64,000 nucleotides of DNA, taken from an uncultured Alphaproteobacteria bacterium (lineage in GTDB: Bacteria > Pseudomonadota > Alphaproteobacteria > Rhizobiales > Beijerinckiaceae). This document shows, one piece after another, positions 43,722 to 55,719 of this stretch (its first letter is position 1; the number at the start of each line of letters is the position of its first letter). The notes below the pieces were generated by a model that was not told where the DNA came from, ran no database searches, and saw only the letters and a list, made by a program, of their open reading frames with translations. The stretch lies in contig CAVSLO010000065.1 of NCBI GenBank assembly GCA_963728675.1, positions 732 to 64,731 on the forward strand. Reading direction: 5' to 3'. The position numbers were made by a program, and so were the translations under genes.

Positions 43722-44469
43722 ATGGCCCAGGACACCATTCTTTCGACCCAGGGTCTCACGAAGGAGTTCAAGGGCTTTACGGCGGTCAGCGATGTCAACT
43801 TGGCGGTTCAGCGCGGGACGATCCACGCGCTCATCGGCCCGAACGGGGCCGGGAAGACGACCTGCTTCAATCTTCTGACCAAGTTCCTGGACGTCACGCG
43901 GGGCGCGATCCAGTACAACGGCCGCGACATCACCGCGATGAAGCCGGCCGACATCGCGCGGCTTGGGCTCGTCCGCTCGTTCCAGATCTCGGCCGTGTTC
44001 CCGCACTTGACCGTGCTTGAGAACGTGCGCATCGCGCTGCAACGTCGGCGCGGCGACAACTTCGACTTCTGGCGCTCCGAGAAGGTGCTGCACGCGCTCG
44101 ATCCGGACGCCGCCGCGTTGGTCGAGGCGGTCGGCCTGTCCGAATTTTCCGACATTCCGGCGGTCGAACTGTCCTATGGCCGAAAGCGGGCGCTGGAGAT
44201 CGCCACCACGCTCGCCCTCGACCCCGAGATGCTGCTTCTCGACGAGCCGATGGCCGGCATGGGCCACGAGGACATCGACCGTACCGCGCAACTGATCCGC
44301 CGCGTCTCGGCCAACCGCACCATCCTGATGGTCGAGCATAACCTTTCGGTCGTGGAGAGGCTCTCCGACCGGATCACGGTTCTGGCGCGCGGAAAGATTC
44401 TCGCCGAGGGAGATTACGCCACCGTGTCGAAAGACCCCCGCGTCATCGAGGCTTACATCGGAGTGGGTC

Positions 44470-44477
<8 letters not shown>
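43722..44477 (+). CDS. livG: Branched-chain-amino-acid-type ABC transporter ATPase (LivG-like)
   Basis: GPNGAGKTT, LSYGRKR, LLLDEP. Confidence 0.88.
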
Positions 44478-45216
<739 letters not shown>

Positions 45217-45248
45217 CGCCGCCGATAAAGACTCAACAGGAGGAAACG

Positions 45249-46451
45249 ATGCGATTCAAAACACTGCTGCTTGCGACCGCGCTTGCGGGCTTGGCCGCCG
45301 GCGCGGCGCAGGCCCAGGTCAGCGTCAAGATCGGCGTCCTGAACGACCGCTCCGGCCTCTATTCCGATCTCACGGGCGAGGGGTCGGTCGTCGCGGCGAA
45401 AATGGCCGTCGAGGACTTCAAGGCGGCCGAAAAGGGCATCAAGGTCGACATCATCTCGGCCGATCACCAGAACAAGCCCGATGTCGGCTCCAGCATCGCC
45501 CGCCAATGGTACGACCAGGACGGCGTCGACGTGATCGTGGACGTGCCGGCCTCGTCGGTCGGGCTCGCCGTCGCCCAGGTCTCGCGCGAGAAAAGCAAGG
45601 TCTACCTCAACTCCGGCTCGGCCACGTCCAATCTTACCGGCGCGCAGTGTTCGCCGTTCACCGTCCATTGGTCCTACGACACCGTCGCGCTCGCCAACGG
45701 CACCGGTGGCGCCCTGGTGAAGCAGGGCGGCGACACATGGTTCTTCCTCACGGCGGATTACGAATTCGGCCATGCGCTCGAGCGTGACACCACGGCCGTG
45801 ATCGTGAAGAACGGCGGCAAGGTGATCGGCTCGGTGAAGACCCCCTTCCCGGGCACGGACTTCTCGTCCTTCCTCCTGCAAGCCCAAGCCTCGAAAGCGA
45901 AGGTCATCGGCCTCGCCAACGCCGGCGGCGACACCATCAACTCGATCAAGCAGGCCGGCGAGTTCGGCATCACCCAAGCCGGGCAGACGCTTGCCGGCCT
46001 GCTGGTGTTCATCAACGACGTGCACGCGCTCGGGCTCAAGACGGCGCAGGGCCTCGTGCTGACCTCATCCTTCTACTGGGATCTCAACGATGGGACCCGC
46101 GCCTTCTCCAAGCGCTTCGGCGAGAGGGCAGGCGGCAAGATGCCGAGCATGGTCCAGGCCGGCGTCTACGCGAGCATCCTGCATTACCTCAAGGCCGTCG
46201 AAGCCCTGAAGAGCAAGGACAGCCAGCAGGTCATGGCCAAGATGAAGGAGATGCCGACCGACGACCCGCTGTTCGGCAAGGGCTACATTCGCGCCGACGG
46301 CCGCAAGATCCACGACATGTATCTCTTCGAGGTCAAGAAGCCGGAGGAATCGAAAGGGGCCTGGGACTACTACAAGCTTCGCGCCACGATTCCGGGCGAT
46401 CAAGCCTTCCGGCCGTTGGAGGGCAGTCCCTGCCCGCTGGTCAAGAGCTGA
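45249..46451 (+). CDS. ABC transporter substrate-binding protein (LivK-like)
   Basis: Signal peptide, KIGVLND.SG, ADHQNKPD, IRADGR. Confidence 0.9.
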   Translation: MRFKTLLLATALAGLAAGAAQAQVSVKIGVLNDRSGLYSDLTGEGSVVAAKMAVEDFKAAEKGIKVDIISADHQNKPDVGSSIARQWYDQDGVDVIVDVPASSVGLAVAQVSREKSKVYLNSGSATSNLTGAQCSPFTVHWSYDTVALANGTGGALVKQGGDTWFFLTADYEFGHALERDTTAVIVKNGGKVIGSVKTPFPGTDFSSFLLQAQASKAKVIGLANAGGDTINSIKQAGEFGITQAGQTLAGLLVFINDVHALGLKTAQGLVLTSSFYWDLNDGTRAFSKRFGERAGGKMPSMVQAGVYASILHYLKAVEALKSKDSQQVMAKMKEMPTDDPLFGKGYIRADGRKIHDMYLFEVKKPEESKGAWDYYKLRATIPGDQAFRPLEGSPCPLVKS

Positions 46452-46523
46452 CCGCATTCGAACCGCGGACGCCGGCCGAGGCCGGCGTCCGCTCCCTTCC
46501 GGCTTGATCGTCTGGACCGCCGC

Positions 46524-47411
46524 ATGTCGACCATCCTGGGCGTTCCTCTGCCCGCCCTCTTCGGCCAGCTTCTGCTCGGGCTCATCAACGGCTCGTTCTA
46601 CGCCATCCTGAGCCTTGGCCTCGCGATCATCTTCGGCCTCCTCAACATCATCAACTTCACCCACGGCGCGCTCTACATGATGGGCGCCTTCGTGGCCTGG
46701 ATGCTGCTCAACTACGCCGGCATCGGCTACTGGCCCGCGCTCATCCTTTCGCCGCTGATCGTCGGCGCCTTCGGCGTCATCATCGAGCGCCTGTTCATCT
46801 CGCGCCTCTACAATCTCGACCACCTCTACGGGCTGCTGCTCACCTTCGGCTTGGCGCTGATCATCCAGGGCCTGTTCCGCAACCAGTATGGCGTGTCGGG
46901 TCTGCCCTACGGCATTCCGGCGGAACTCCAGGGTGCGCAGAACCTCGGCTTCATGTTCATGCCGAACTACCGCGGCTGGGTCGTGATCGCTTCGCTCGTG
47001 GTCTGCCTCGCCACCTGGTTCGTCATCGAGAAAACGAAACTTGGCGCATACCTGCGCGCCGCGACCGAGAATCCCACACTGGTCGGCGCTTTCGGCATCA
47101 ACGTGCCGCGGCTCATCACCTTGACCTACGGCTTCGGCGTTGCGCTCGCCGCCTTCGCGGGCGTGCTCGCCGCGCCGGTGTACTCGGTGAACCCCAACAT
47201 GGGCGCCGACCTCATTATCGTGGTGTTCGCGGTCGTCGTGATCGGCGGCATGGGCTCGATCCTCGGGTCCGTGATCACGGGTTTCGGCCTGGGCCTCGTC
47301 GAGGGGTTGACTAAGGTGTTCTATCCCGAGGCGTCCGCCACGGTCATTTTCATCGTCATGGTCATCGTGCTGCTGGTGAAGCCCGCCGGCCTGTTCGGGA
47401 GGGCGACCTGA
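46524..47411 (+). CDS. livH: ABC transporter permease (LivH-like)
   Basis: GLAIIFG..IINFTHG, FAVVVIGGMGS, KPAGLFG. Confidence 0.88.
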   Translation: MSTILGVPLPALFGQLLLGLINGSFYAILSLGLAIIFGLLNIINFTHGALYMMGAFVAWMLLNYAGIGYWPALILSPLIVGAFGVIIERLFISRLYNLDHLYGLLLTFGLALIIQGLFRNQYGVSGLPYGIPAELQGAQNLGFMFMPNYRGWVVIASLVVCLATWFVIEKTKLGAYLRAATENPTLVGAFGINVPRLITLTYGFGVALAAFAGVLAAPVYSVNPNMGADLIIVVFAVVVIGGMGSILGSVITGFGLGLVEGLTKVFYPEASATVIFIVMVIVLLVKPAGLFGRAT

Positions 47412-47456
47412 TGGGCGCTCTTCGGATGTGTGATGCCGTTCAGGGAGGGCCGTCTC

Positions 47457-48467
47457 ATGGCCGATAGCGCGACCGCCGTCGATACTCCGGTCAATGTGCC
47501 CAAGCCGGAGTCCAAGAACGCCGACGCGACCACGCGCGCGGTTTTCATCGGGCTCGGCGTGCTGCTGCTGGTCGCGCCGTTCCTGTTCTATCCCGTCTTT
47601 TTGATGAAGGTGTTGTGCTTCGCGCTGTTCGCCTGCGCCTTCAACCTTCTGCTGGGCTACGGCGGCCTTCTGTCGTTCGGCCACGCCGCCTACTTCGGCA
47701 TGGCGAGCTACGTCTCGGCCTACACGGCCAAGTTTTGGGGCGTGACGCCGGAGATCTCGATCCTTTTGGGAACCGTAACGGGCGCGGCGCTCGGCCTTGC
47801 GTTCGGCTTGCTCGCCATCCGGCGGCTCGGCATCTATTTCTCCATGATCACCCTGGCGCTGGCCCAGATGGCGTATTTCTTCTCGCTGCAGACGCCACGC
47901 TTCACGGGCGGCGAGGACGGCATCCAGGCGGTGCCGCGCGGCAATCTGTTCGGCGTCTTGAGCCTCGCCGACGACCGGACGCTCTATTACGTCGTCGCCG
48001 TGATTTTCTTCGCCGGCCTGCTTCTAATCTACCGCATCATCAACTCGCCGTTCGGGCAGGTCCTGAAAGCCATCCGGGACAACGAACCGCGCGCGACCTC
48101 GCTGGGATATCGCACGAATCAATACAAGCTCATGGTGTTCGTGCTCTCGACGACGCTCACGGGACTTGCCGGCGCGACGAAGGCGATCGTCTTCCAACTC
48201 GCCTCGCTCACCGACGTGCATTGGAGCATGTCGGGCGAGGTCGTGCTGATGACGCTGGTCGGCGGCATGGGTACGGTCTTCGGTCCCATCGCCGGAGCGC
48301 TCGTGATCGTCGCGATGGAGAACTATCTCGCTACGCTGGGCGCCTGGGTCACGGTGGTCCAGGGTGTGATCTTCGTGGTCTGCGTGCTCCTGTTCCGCCG
48401 CGGCATCGTCGGAGAATTGCAAGCCTTTTTCAGCCGTAAGCAGCAGGCGGCTTCGGACGGGCGCTAG
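47457..48467 (+). CDS. livM: ABC transporter permease (LivM-like)
   Basis: GYGGLLSFGHA, YFSMITLA, TGGEDG, AIRDNE. Confidence 0.88.
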   Translation: MADSATAVDTPVNVPKPESKNADATTRAVFIGLGVLLLVAPFLFYPVFLMKVLCFALFACAFNLLLGYGGLLSFGHAAYFGMASYVSAYTAKFWGVTPEISILLGTVTGAALGLAFGLLAIRRLGIYFSMITLALAQMAYFFSLQTPRFTGGEDGIQAVPRGNLFGVLSLADDRTLYYVVAVIFFAGLLLIYRIINSPFGQVLKAIRDNEPRATSLGYRTNQYKLMVFVLSTTLTGLAGATKAIVFQLASLTDVHWSMSGEVVLMTLVGGMGTVFGPIAGALVIVAMENYLATLGAWVTVVQGVIFVVCVLLFRRGIVGELQAFFSRKQQAASDGR

Positions 48468-48754
48468 GTTCTGGCCTTATCAACTCGGGCGCCGAAAGTG
48501 GAAGCGCCGAGCGGGGCGCATAAGGGGAGAGGCAGCGCGCCTGTCGCTCTCTTGGCTCGCTCCTTCAACAGCCCCGCATGCTTTATGATTGCGGAAAAGT
48601 CAGTGAACCAGAGCGAAACGTGGGTTTCATGTGTTCGCGGGAACCGAGCCCCGGTCCCGCTCTTAGAGCCGGTTCCCCTTGCGTGGACTCGGCTCGTTTC
48701 GTGTTGTGCCGCGTTTTCGACGGCGAACCGGGGCCACGTCGCCTGAAACCGCTC

Positions 48755-49385
48755 TTAGCGCCCAAAAACGCTCTTGAAAAACTGCGCCGTCTTGTTGCGC
48801 TTTTTCTTGCGCTCAAGCTCGGAGGCGTCCTTGACCCAGGCGATCTGGACGACCTTGCGCTCGCCTGAAAACGGCCGGTGGCCGTGCCAGGAGTTGTCGG
48901 CGCGCAAGAAGCCGAACACGGTGCCCATCACGGGCGGCACCTCGACGGCATAGGGCTCGTAGTTCTCGGCCGTCGTAGAGCACGCGCAGGCGGCCGCCGT
49001 CGTCCTGGCCCCAGTCGTCGTTCATGTAGACCAGCATGGTCATGACCTTGGACGGGCCATCGGTGTGGATCGAGCCGTACTTCGGCTGCGACCGCTTCAT
49101 GATGGTCGTGAGACGGGGGTAGGGATGCATGTCCTTCCCCCACTTGCGCGAGATTTCCTCTGTGAACTCGGGGCTTTCCAGTTCCTCGATCAGGGTCTTG
49201 AAGCGGCCCTTGAGCTGCACCTCGTCCACGGTAAGGTAGCCCGGCTTGTCGATGTCCGGAAAATCGCGTTTCAGGTCGGGAATGGCTTCCTCGCAGAGGA
49301 TGCCCGAGCCCAGAAAGTAGTCGTAAGGCTCGCGCGACTGCGGCGCGTCGCGGACCGCTTCGACATTGACGACCGATAGGGCCAT
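48755..49385 (-). CDS. 2OG-Fe(II) oxygenase family protein (frameshifted)
   Basis: IHTD facial motif, LVYMN.DW..GGRL, SWHGH..ERKVVQ. Confidence 0.82.
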
Positions 49386-49588
49386 AGCCTGCTCCCCGAT
49401 TCCGTGGCATGCGCGTTCGTCCTAAAGAGGCGGCAGGACGCGATCAAGTCGCCGCAAAAAGCCGGATCGCGGCCTCCCGTCGCAGAGGCAGGGGCCTGCC
49501 ATCCTCGCGCCACGCATGGATTGCATCGCACCGCACAATCTTTAAGGACCATACACTGCGGCGAGGCCCGCTTTCGAAAGAGCACGTC

Positions 49589-51401
49589 ATGAACGGATTG
49601 AAGCAAGCCGTCCTGCAAATCTGGCGGCTCGCCTACCCGTATTTCACCACGCGGGACGAGACCGAGGTTCGCATCTGGCCGTTCGGGCAATTTCGCGTGC
49701 AGGAGCGCTGGGTGGCGCTGTCCCTGGCGATCGTGGTCGTCGCCATCGAGTTCGGCCAGGTCGCCATCAACGTGCGCCTGTACTACTTCAGCCGCGACTG
49801 GTTCAACGCCATCCAAAACAAGGACGAGGCAGCGTTCTGGTCGCTGCTCTTCACGGTGTTCCTGCTTCTGGGCGGCGGTCTTCATCGCCAGCGCCATCTA
49901 CCGAGTATCGCGTCCAGTCGGCTTTCCTGCGCATCCGCTGGCGGCGCTGGCTGACGCGCGCTACATCGCCCGCTGGCTCGGCGAAGGGAACCATTACCGC
50001 ATGGGCTGTGCGGCGCGCCGCCGACAACCCGGACCAGCGCATCGCCGAGGACATCGACCAGTTCATCGCGGACGCAGACTATTCACGCTCGACCATGCTG
50101 CTCGGCGGATTTCGACCCTGGTGTCGTTCTCGATCATCCTGTGGAGCATCTCGGCCGATTTCACCTTTCCGGGCACGGAGATCCAGCGTGCCGGGCTTCC
50201 TGTTCTGGGGCGCGCTCGATCTACGCGGCGCTCGGCACGCGGCTGACGCATCTGATCGGCCGGCCGCTGATGCCGCTCAACTTCGACCAGCAGCGCTACG
50301 AGGCGGATTTCCGCTTCTCGCTCGCGCGCTTGCGCGAATACGCCGAGCAGGTCGCGCTGCTCGGCGGCGAGCCGGCCGAGCGCGGATCGGCTGCGGCGGG
50401 CGTTTCGGCACGTGGTCGAGCAACTTCTGGCGCATCGTCAGCCGCGCAAGAAGCTGATGATCTTCACGGCTCGTTCTACGGCCAGGTCAGCGCCGTCATC
50501 CCCTACGTCTCATGGCGCCGTTACTACTTCCTCGGCAAAATTCCGCTCGGCGGCATGACACAGACGGCCGGCGCGTTCGCGCGCGTCGAGAGCGGCGATG
50601 TCCTTCTTCATCGACGTCTACACCACGCTTGCCGACTACAAGGCCGTCATGGACCGTCTGACCAGCTTCGACCAGGCGATCGCGGCCGGGCGGGCGCTCG
50701 GGCCGCGAGGCCGGCATCCGGCTTGCCGAGCAGCGCGCGACACGGAACTCGAGGTGCGACGACCTTTCCCTCGCGCTGCCCGACGGCCGCCGCATCGTCG
50801 CGGCGCACGGGCTGGCGCTCCGGCCCGGCGAGAGCGCGCTCGTGACCGGTCCGTCGGGCTCCGGCAAGTCGACCCTGTTCCGCGCCATCGCCGGGATCTG
50901 GCCGTTCGGCGAGGGCGCCGATCGCTGACGCCCGCCGGGGCCGCGCATGATGCTCCTGCCGCAGCGGCCCTACATCCCGATCGGAACGCTCATCAAAGCC
51001 GTCGTCTATCCGTCGAGGTCCGAGGGCGCCTACGACGACGCGGCCATCGCCGAGGCGCTGGCGCGGCAGGGCTGCCGCAATTCGTCGGGCGGCTCGACGA
51101 GGAGCGGGCTCTGGGCGCAGACGCTGTCGACTCGGCGAGCAGCAGCGGCTCGCGGTTGCGCGCGCGCTTCTCGCGAAGCCGGACTGGCTGTTCCTCGACG
51201 AGGCGACGGCGGCGCTCGACGAGCCGACCGAGGCAGCGATCTACCGCATGCTGATGGAGCGTCTGCCGGACACGACGGTCGTCTCGATCGGGCACCGCTC
51301 GACGCTCGTCGGCCTTCCACGACCGGCGCATCGACATGCGCCCGACCGCCGGCGGCCTGTTCGGCCCGACCGACGCGCGGGCGCCGGCGGCGGCCGAGTA
51401 G
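49589..51401 (+). CDS. Fused ABC permease/ATPase (YddA/ABCD type; heavily frameshifted)
   Basis: DNPDQRIAEDI, QQRYEADFRF, GPSGSGKSTL, LPQRPY, LDEAT..SIGHR. Confidence 0.85.
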
Positions 51402-51421
51402 CGGCTCGCCCGAGCCGCTCC

Positions 51422-51911
51422 TCAGAGCGAGCGCTCGAAGCGCAGCTCGCCGTTCTGGGTCTTGACGACGAGGGTGCCGAGCTCGACGAATCCCACTCGA
51501 CCGCGGTGCGCAGCGCGACCAGGAAGCTGTCTCCGATCGCCATCGCCTTTTCGCAGCTCTTGGGCGTCGGCAACGCGAACGGTCCGACCGCGAATTTCTG
51601 CTGCCGCAGCGGATAGGCCGTCGCCGCAAAGGTGTTGCAGCCGCCGAAGCCGGTGCGCGCGGAACTGCTCGTCGAGGATGAAGGACGGCCGCTCGCGCCC
51701 GAGAACGGCTTGCCGTTGAGGCTGACGCCGCCGTCCAGGAGACGCCCGATCGGGAAGCGCTTGTCCTGCTTCGGCGGCGGGCGCTCGTAGCCCGGCGTTG
51801 CTCTTCCTCGTCCGTCGTCTGCCGCGGCGCGCGGATGAAATTCCTGGGCCTCGGCCGACGCGCGCGGCGACGGCGCACGCAGCAACAGCGCCTGAACGCG
51901 AAGCACTTTCA
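51422..51911 (-). CDS. META/HslJ domain protein (heavily frameshifted)
   Basis: SLNGKPFSG, GFGGCNTF, KKSC-like motif, LVVKTQNGELRFERSL. Confidence 0.65.
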
Positions 51912-51992
51912 TCGGCGGTACCTCCTCGTCCGAATTCGCCGCGGACCATAAGGGCTGCGGCACGCGCACGACCAACGGCTCGGCGCACCCTC

Positions 51993-52996
51993 TTACCCCG
52001 AGCCAAGCCGCTGCGAACAGCCGGTCGGTCAGCGGATTGCCGGGCCGGAAGACGTAGTCGAGGGCGCGGACCGTCACGTCGCGGGCGCCGGCGGCGACAA
52101 GCGCCTCGACGAGCCCGAAAACGCGCTCAACTGCGGACAACGGAGCACGATCTCGACGGCCGCGCAGCCGAGCGGCAGCGTCGCATCGAACCGTCGCGGC
52201 GGGCGAAATCCTGGAGGTCTCGAGCGGCCGGTCGGGGTCCAAGCGCGGCGCGGACCTCGCGCGTCGTGCGGGCCTCCTCCTCGGCGGCGATCCGGGTCAG
52301 CACGGTGCGGGCGGCGGCCCGCGCGCGTTCGCCCCAGGGCGCCTGATCGGAGGCGACGAGATTGGCCTCGGAGCGCAGGATCACGCCGTCGTCGAGCACC
52401 TTCAGGGCGTTCGCGGCGAGCGTCGCGCCCGTCGTCGTGATGTCGACGATGAGTCTCGGCGGCGCCCGCGGCCGGCGCGCCTTCGGTCGCGCCGAGGCTC
52501 TCGACGATGCGGTAGTCGGCGACGCCGCGCTCGGCGAAGAAGCGCCGGGTCAGGTTCACGTATTTCGTGGCGACCCGCATCTTCGCGGCCGTGCCGGGCG
52601 CGCAGGTCGGCCGCGACCTCGTCGAGATCGGCCATGGTGCGCACGTCGATCCAGGCCTGCGGCACGGCGACCACGACGTTGGCGCTGGCCGAAGCCGAGC
52701 GGCGTCAGAAGCTCGACCCGCTCGCGTCGGCATCGGCGATGCTCTCGCGGACGAGGTCCTCGCCGGTGACGCCGAGATGGGCGCCGCCGGCGCGCGAGCT
52801 GTCGACACGATCTCGGAGGCCGAGAGGAACAGCACCTCGACGTCCGGCACGCCCGCGATGCGCGCCGCGATAGTCGCGCGACCCCGCGGCCTTGCGACAG
52901 GACGAGCCCGGCCCGGGCGAAGAACGCCGCGGCGTTCTCCTGCAGGCGGCCCTTCGAGGGCACCGCCAAGGATCGAGGCGGCGCCGATCGGCTCAT
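51993..52996 (-). CDS. hisG: ATP phosphoribosyltransferase catalytic subunit (heavily frameshifted)
   Basis: [42 protein letters not shown]. Confidence 0.88.
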
Positions 52997-54109
52997 CGGC
53001 GGCCGCCTCCCGAGATGCGGTCGAGCCAGAACGAGCAGCCGACGGCCGGGACCGGGTTCGGTCGCGCCGAGGTGTTGCAGCAGGCGGTCGTAGCGGCCGC
53101 CGCCGACGACCGGCTTGCCGTCGGGGCGGCGCGGATCGTGCAGCTTCGAAGATGAAGCCGGTGTAGTAGTCGAGATTGCGCGCGAAGTCGGCCGCGAAGC
53201 GGAAGGCTCGCGACGTCGAGGCCCGCGCGCCGCCATGAAGCCGGTGCGCTCCTCGAGCCCGTCGATGGCGCGGCTCGAGATCGAGCCCGGCGTCGCGGGC
53301 GAGCGCACCGGATCGCCGCCGCCGCGGCGTCCGGGTCGCCGGCGATGGCAAGGTAGCGGGCGAGCACGGCGCGCGTCTCGTCGGGCAGGTGCCGGAGCGG
53401 TTCGCGGCCCGGGCGAGAAAGCGCTCGGCGATCTCGCCGGCGCTGCGGCCGCCGACGCGCGAGATCCCGGCGATGGCGAGGATGTCCTCGACGAAGGCCT
53501 TGCGCGGCCTGCGGCGCCTGGCCCTCGATCGCGGCGAGAAGGCCGGCATGCTCGGGCGAGGCCCTGTCCGTGCGGGCTCGGCGAGGCCCGCGAGCCCGCG
53601 ACCGGAGACGATGGCGCGCATGACGCCGGCGCTTCGCCGCCGGCGCGAGCCCGAGCGCATCGAGCAGCGCTCTCGAGGAGGCCCATGTCGCCGAGCTTCA
53701 CCGTCGTGCGCCGGGGCGCCGAGCGCCTCGAGGCCCTCGAGCGCCAGCGCGACGACCTCGGCATCCGCGGCGGCACGCATCGCGTGCGGCCGATCGACTC
53801 GATGCCGGCCTGGAGGAACTCGCCGCTCTCGCCGGTCCGCAGCCGGAACACGGGCCGCGATAGCTGTAGCTCGGCGGGCTGCGCCGACGCGTGGCGAGAT
53901 GCTGGCGGCAGACCGGGATCGTGTATTCGGGGCGCAGGCAGAGCTTCGCGGCCGGCCGCGTCCTGCGTCACGAACATGCGCCGCCGGATATCCTCGCCGG
54001 AGAGGTCGATGAAGACGTCGGCGGGCTGCAGCACCGGCGGCTCGACGCGCGCATAACCTTCGCGCTCGAAGAGCGCGATCAAGGCGTCCTTCGCGGCGGT
54101 CGGCGTCAT
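52993..54109 (-). CDS. hisZ: ATP phosphoribosyltransferase regulatory subunit (heavily frameshifted)
   Basis: [41 protein letters not shown]; upstream of hisG. Confidence 0.88.
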
Positions 54110-54267
54110 CCGCCGTCGTGTAGCAGCGGCGAGCCGTAAAGGCGACGGTTTTGCGCAAGGACGGTGAACGCTTCGGTCGCGTGTCGTGGCGCGTGTCTTG
54201 GCGCGCTGGGCGACATGGCGGCGTTAAGCCGTCCCGCCCCCGGAGCCGCGTCCTGGGCCGCCGGTCG

Positions 54268-54870
54268 TCAGTGTCCGCCGCCGGAACCCTCGCCTGGGGT
54301 CCCGCGGCCTTTCCCACGGCCGCGGCTCGATTCGGGCAGGACGCGCTTGGCGGTTTCCATCATGACGTTGCTGACGACGCCGGCTGCGGCCTGAGCGGTC
54401 GATTTTGCGATATCCTTTGCGGTCGTCGCGACCTGCGCGCCGGCTTCCATGGCCTGCGCGCCCGCTTCCGCCCCGGCCTCCACCGTCCGCGTGCCGGCCT
54501 CCATCATGGCGGATCCTGCGTCGGCGACCGCATTGGTGGCGCTCGTCACCGCCTCTCTCGCCGCGGCGGTGCGGCTCAAGGCTTTGGCGGCCTGCACCAG
54601 AACTTCGGCCAGGACGACGCGGCCGACATCCGTATCGATGATTTTGGCGATCTGCGCGCCGACGTCCTGCAAACCCTTCGGGATTTCGATGCCGGCCACC
54701 GACGTTCCGGACCGGCTGGCCGCTTTCGACGGCTTCTTGGCCGAGGTCGCCTTTTTCGCCGAAGCGCTCTTCGAGGCCGATTTCGCTTTGGCGGGCGCTC
54801 GCGCAGCGGTCTTGCCGCTCGCGGCCTCGCCCGTGTCCGCCTGTGTCTTCGCCGTCGTCTTTTTCGCCAT
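54268..54870 (-). CDS. Ala/Lys-rich hypothetical protein, probably stress-induced
   Basis: Basic N-terminus, [17 protein letters not shown]; EcfG promoter upstream. Confidence 0.65.
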   Translation of the reverse strand: MAKKTTAKTQADTGEAASGKTAARAPAKAKSASKSASAKKATSAKKPSKAASRSGTSVAGIEIPKGLQDVGAQIAKIIDTDVGRVVLAEVLVQAAKALSRTAAAREAVTSATNAVADAGSAMMEAGTRTVEAGAEAGAQAMEAGAQVATTAKDIAKSTAQAAAGVVSNVMMETAKRVLPESSRGRGKGRGTPGEGSGGGH

Positions 54871-54909
54871 GAGACTCACCTTATTGGAAGCGCGACCGTT
54901 CCAAAAAAC

Positions 54910-54935
54910 AACGAGATGAACACACGACGGGTTCC
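54910..54935 (-). promoter_or_regulatory. Sigma-EcfG promoter
   Basis: GGAAC-N17-CGTT on the minus strand. Confidence 0.65.
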
Positions 54936-55073
54936 CAGCGTGGGTTTACTTAACCTTTATTATCCACAGTTGGGCGAGGACTCGGGCCGTCGAGTCGACG
55001 CGAGTCCGCGAGGGGAGGGCGCCAGAGTTTTGGGACGCCTTCTCGTGAGCCGTGAACCGCTCCACGTAAGCCA

Positions 55074-55670
55074 TCATTCCGCGGCCTTCTTCAAGGCAGG
55101 CGCCTGGGTGACGGCTTTGGGGTCCTGCTCGCGCGCCTCGGCGTAACCATGCGCGTCGATGAAATCGACCACCTGCATCAAGAGCCTCAGGCCCATAGGC
55201 CCGAGCGCACGCCGCCAGAGGCTGTTCGCATCGTCGTCCGGATAGACGAAACACCAGTCCTGCGCGGCGATCGGCCCTCCGTCGAGGCCATTGGTCAGAT
55301 GGTAGATGCTTCCGCCGGCGATCGGATCGCGGCAGCGGATCGTCCATTCGACGGCCGCGATGCCGCGGTGACGCGGCAGAAGCGAGGGATGGTAACCGAT
55401 CGCGGCGCGCTTCGCCTTCGCACACGCCTCGGCCACGATGAAAGCATGCGCGTGGGCTGCGACGATCACGTCGATCTCATCCGGAAGATGCTGCGGCAGG
55501 ACGCGCCGGGCGCCGTCCAGGACCAGGAGAGGCGACCCGGCCGCTTGGGCCGCCTGCGTGAGGTGGTCGTCGGCCTTGAGGGCGACCACGAAGACCTCGT
55601 GGTGCCGTTCGAGCAGAAGCCTCAGAACCTGAGCCCCGAACCAGCGCGAGCCGACCAGCGCCACTCTCAT
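55074..55670 (-). CDS. Stand-alone formyltransferase (Fmt-like N-terminal domain only)
   Basis: IGYHPSLLPRHRG, LDGGPIAAQ; lacks the Fmt C-terminal domain. Confidence 0.85.
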   Translation of the reverse strand: MRVALVGSRWFGAQVLRLLLERHHEVFVVALKADDHLTQAAQAAGSPLLVLDGARRVLPQHLPDEIDVIVAAHAHAFIVAEACAKAKRAAIGYHPSLLPRHRGIAAVEWTIRCRDPIAGGSIYHLTNGLDGGPIAAQDWCFVYPDDDANSLWRRALGPMGLRLLMQVVDFIDAHGYAEAREQDPKAVTQAPALKKAAE

Positions 55671-55719
55671 CCGCTGCACCTTTTTCGGCCTGCCAGGGTC
55701 GCCCACGCCATTCCGGGGC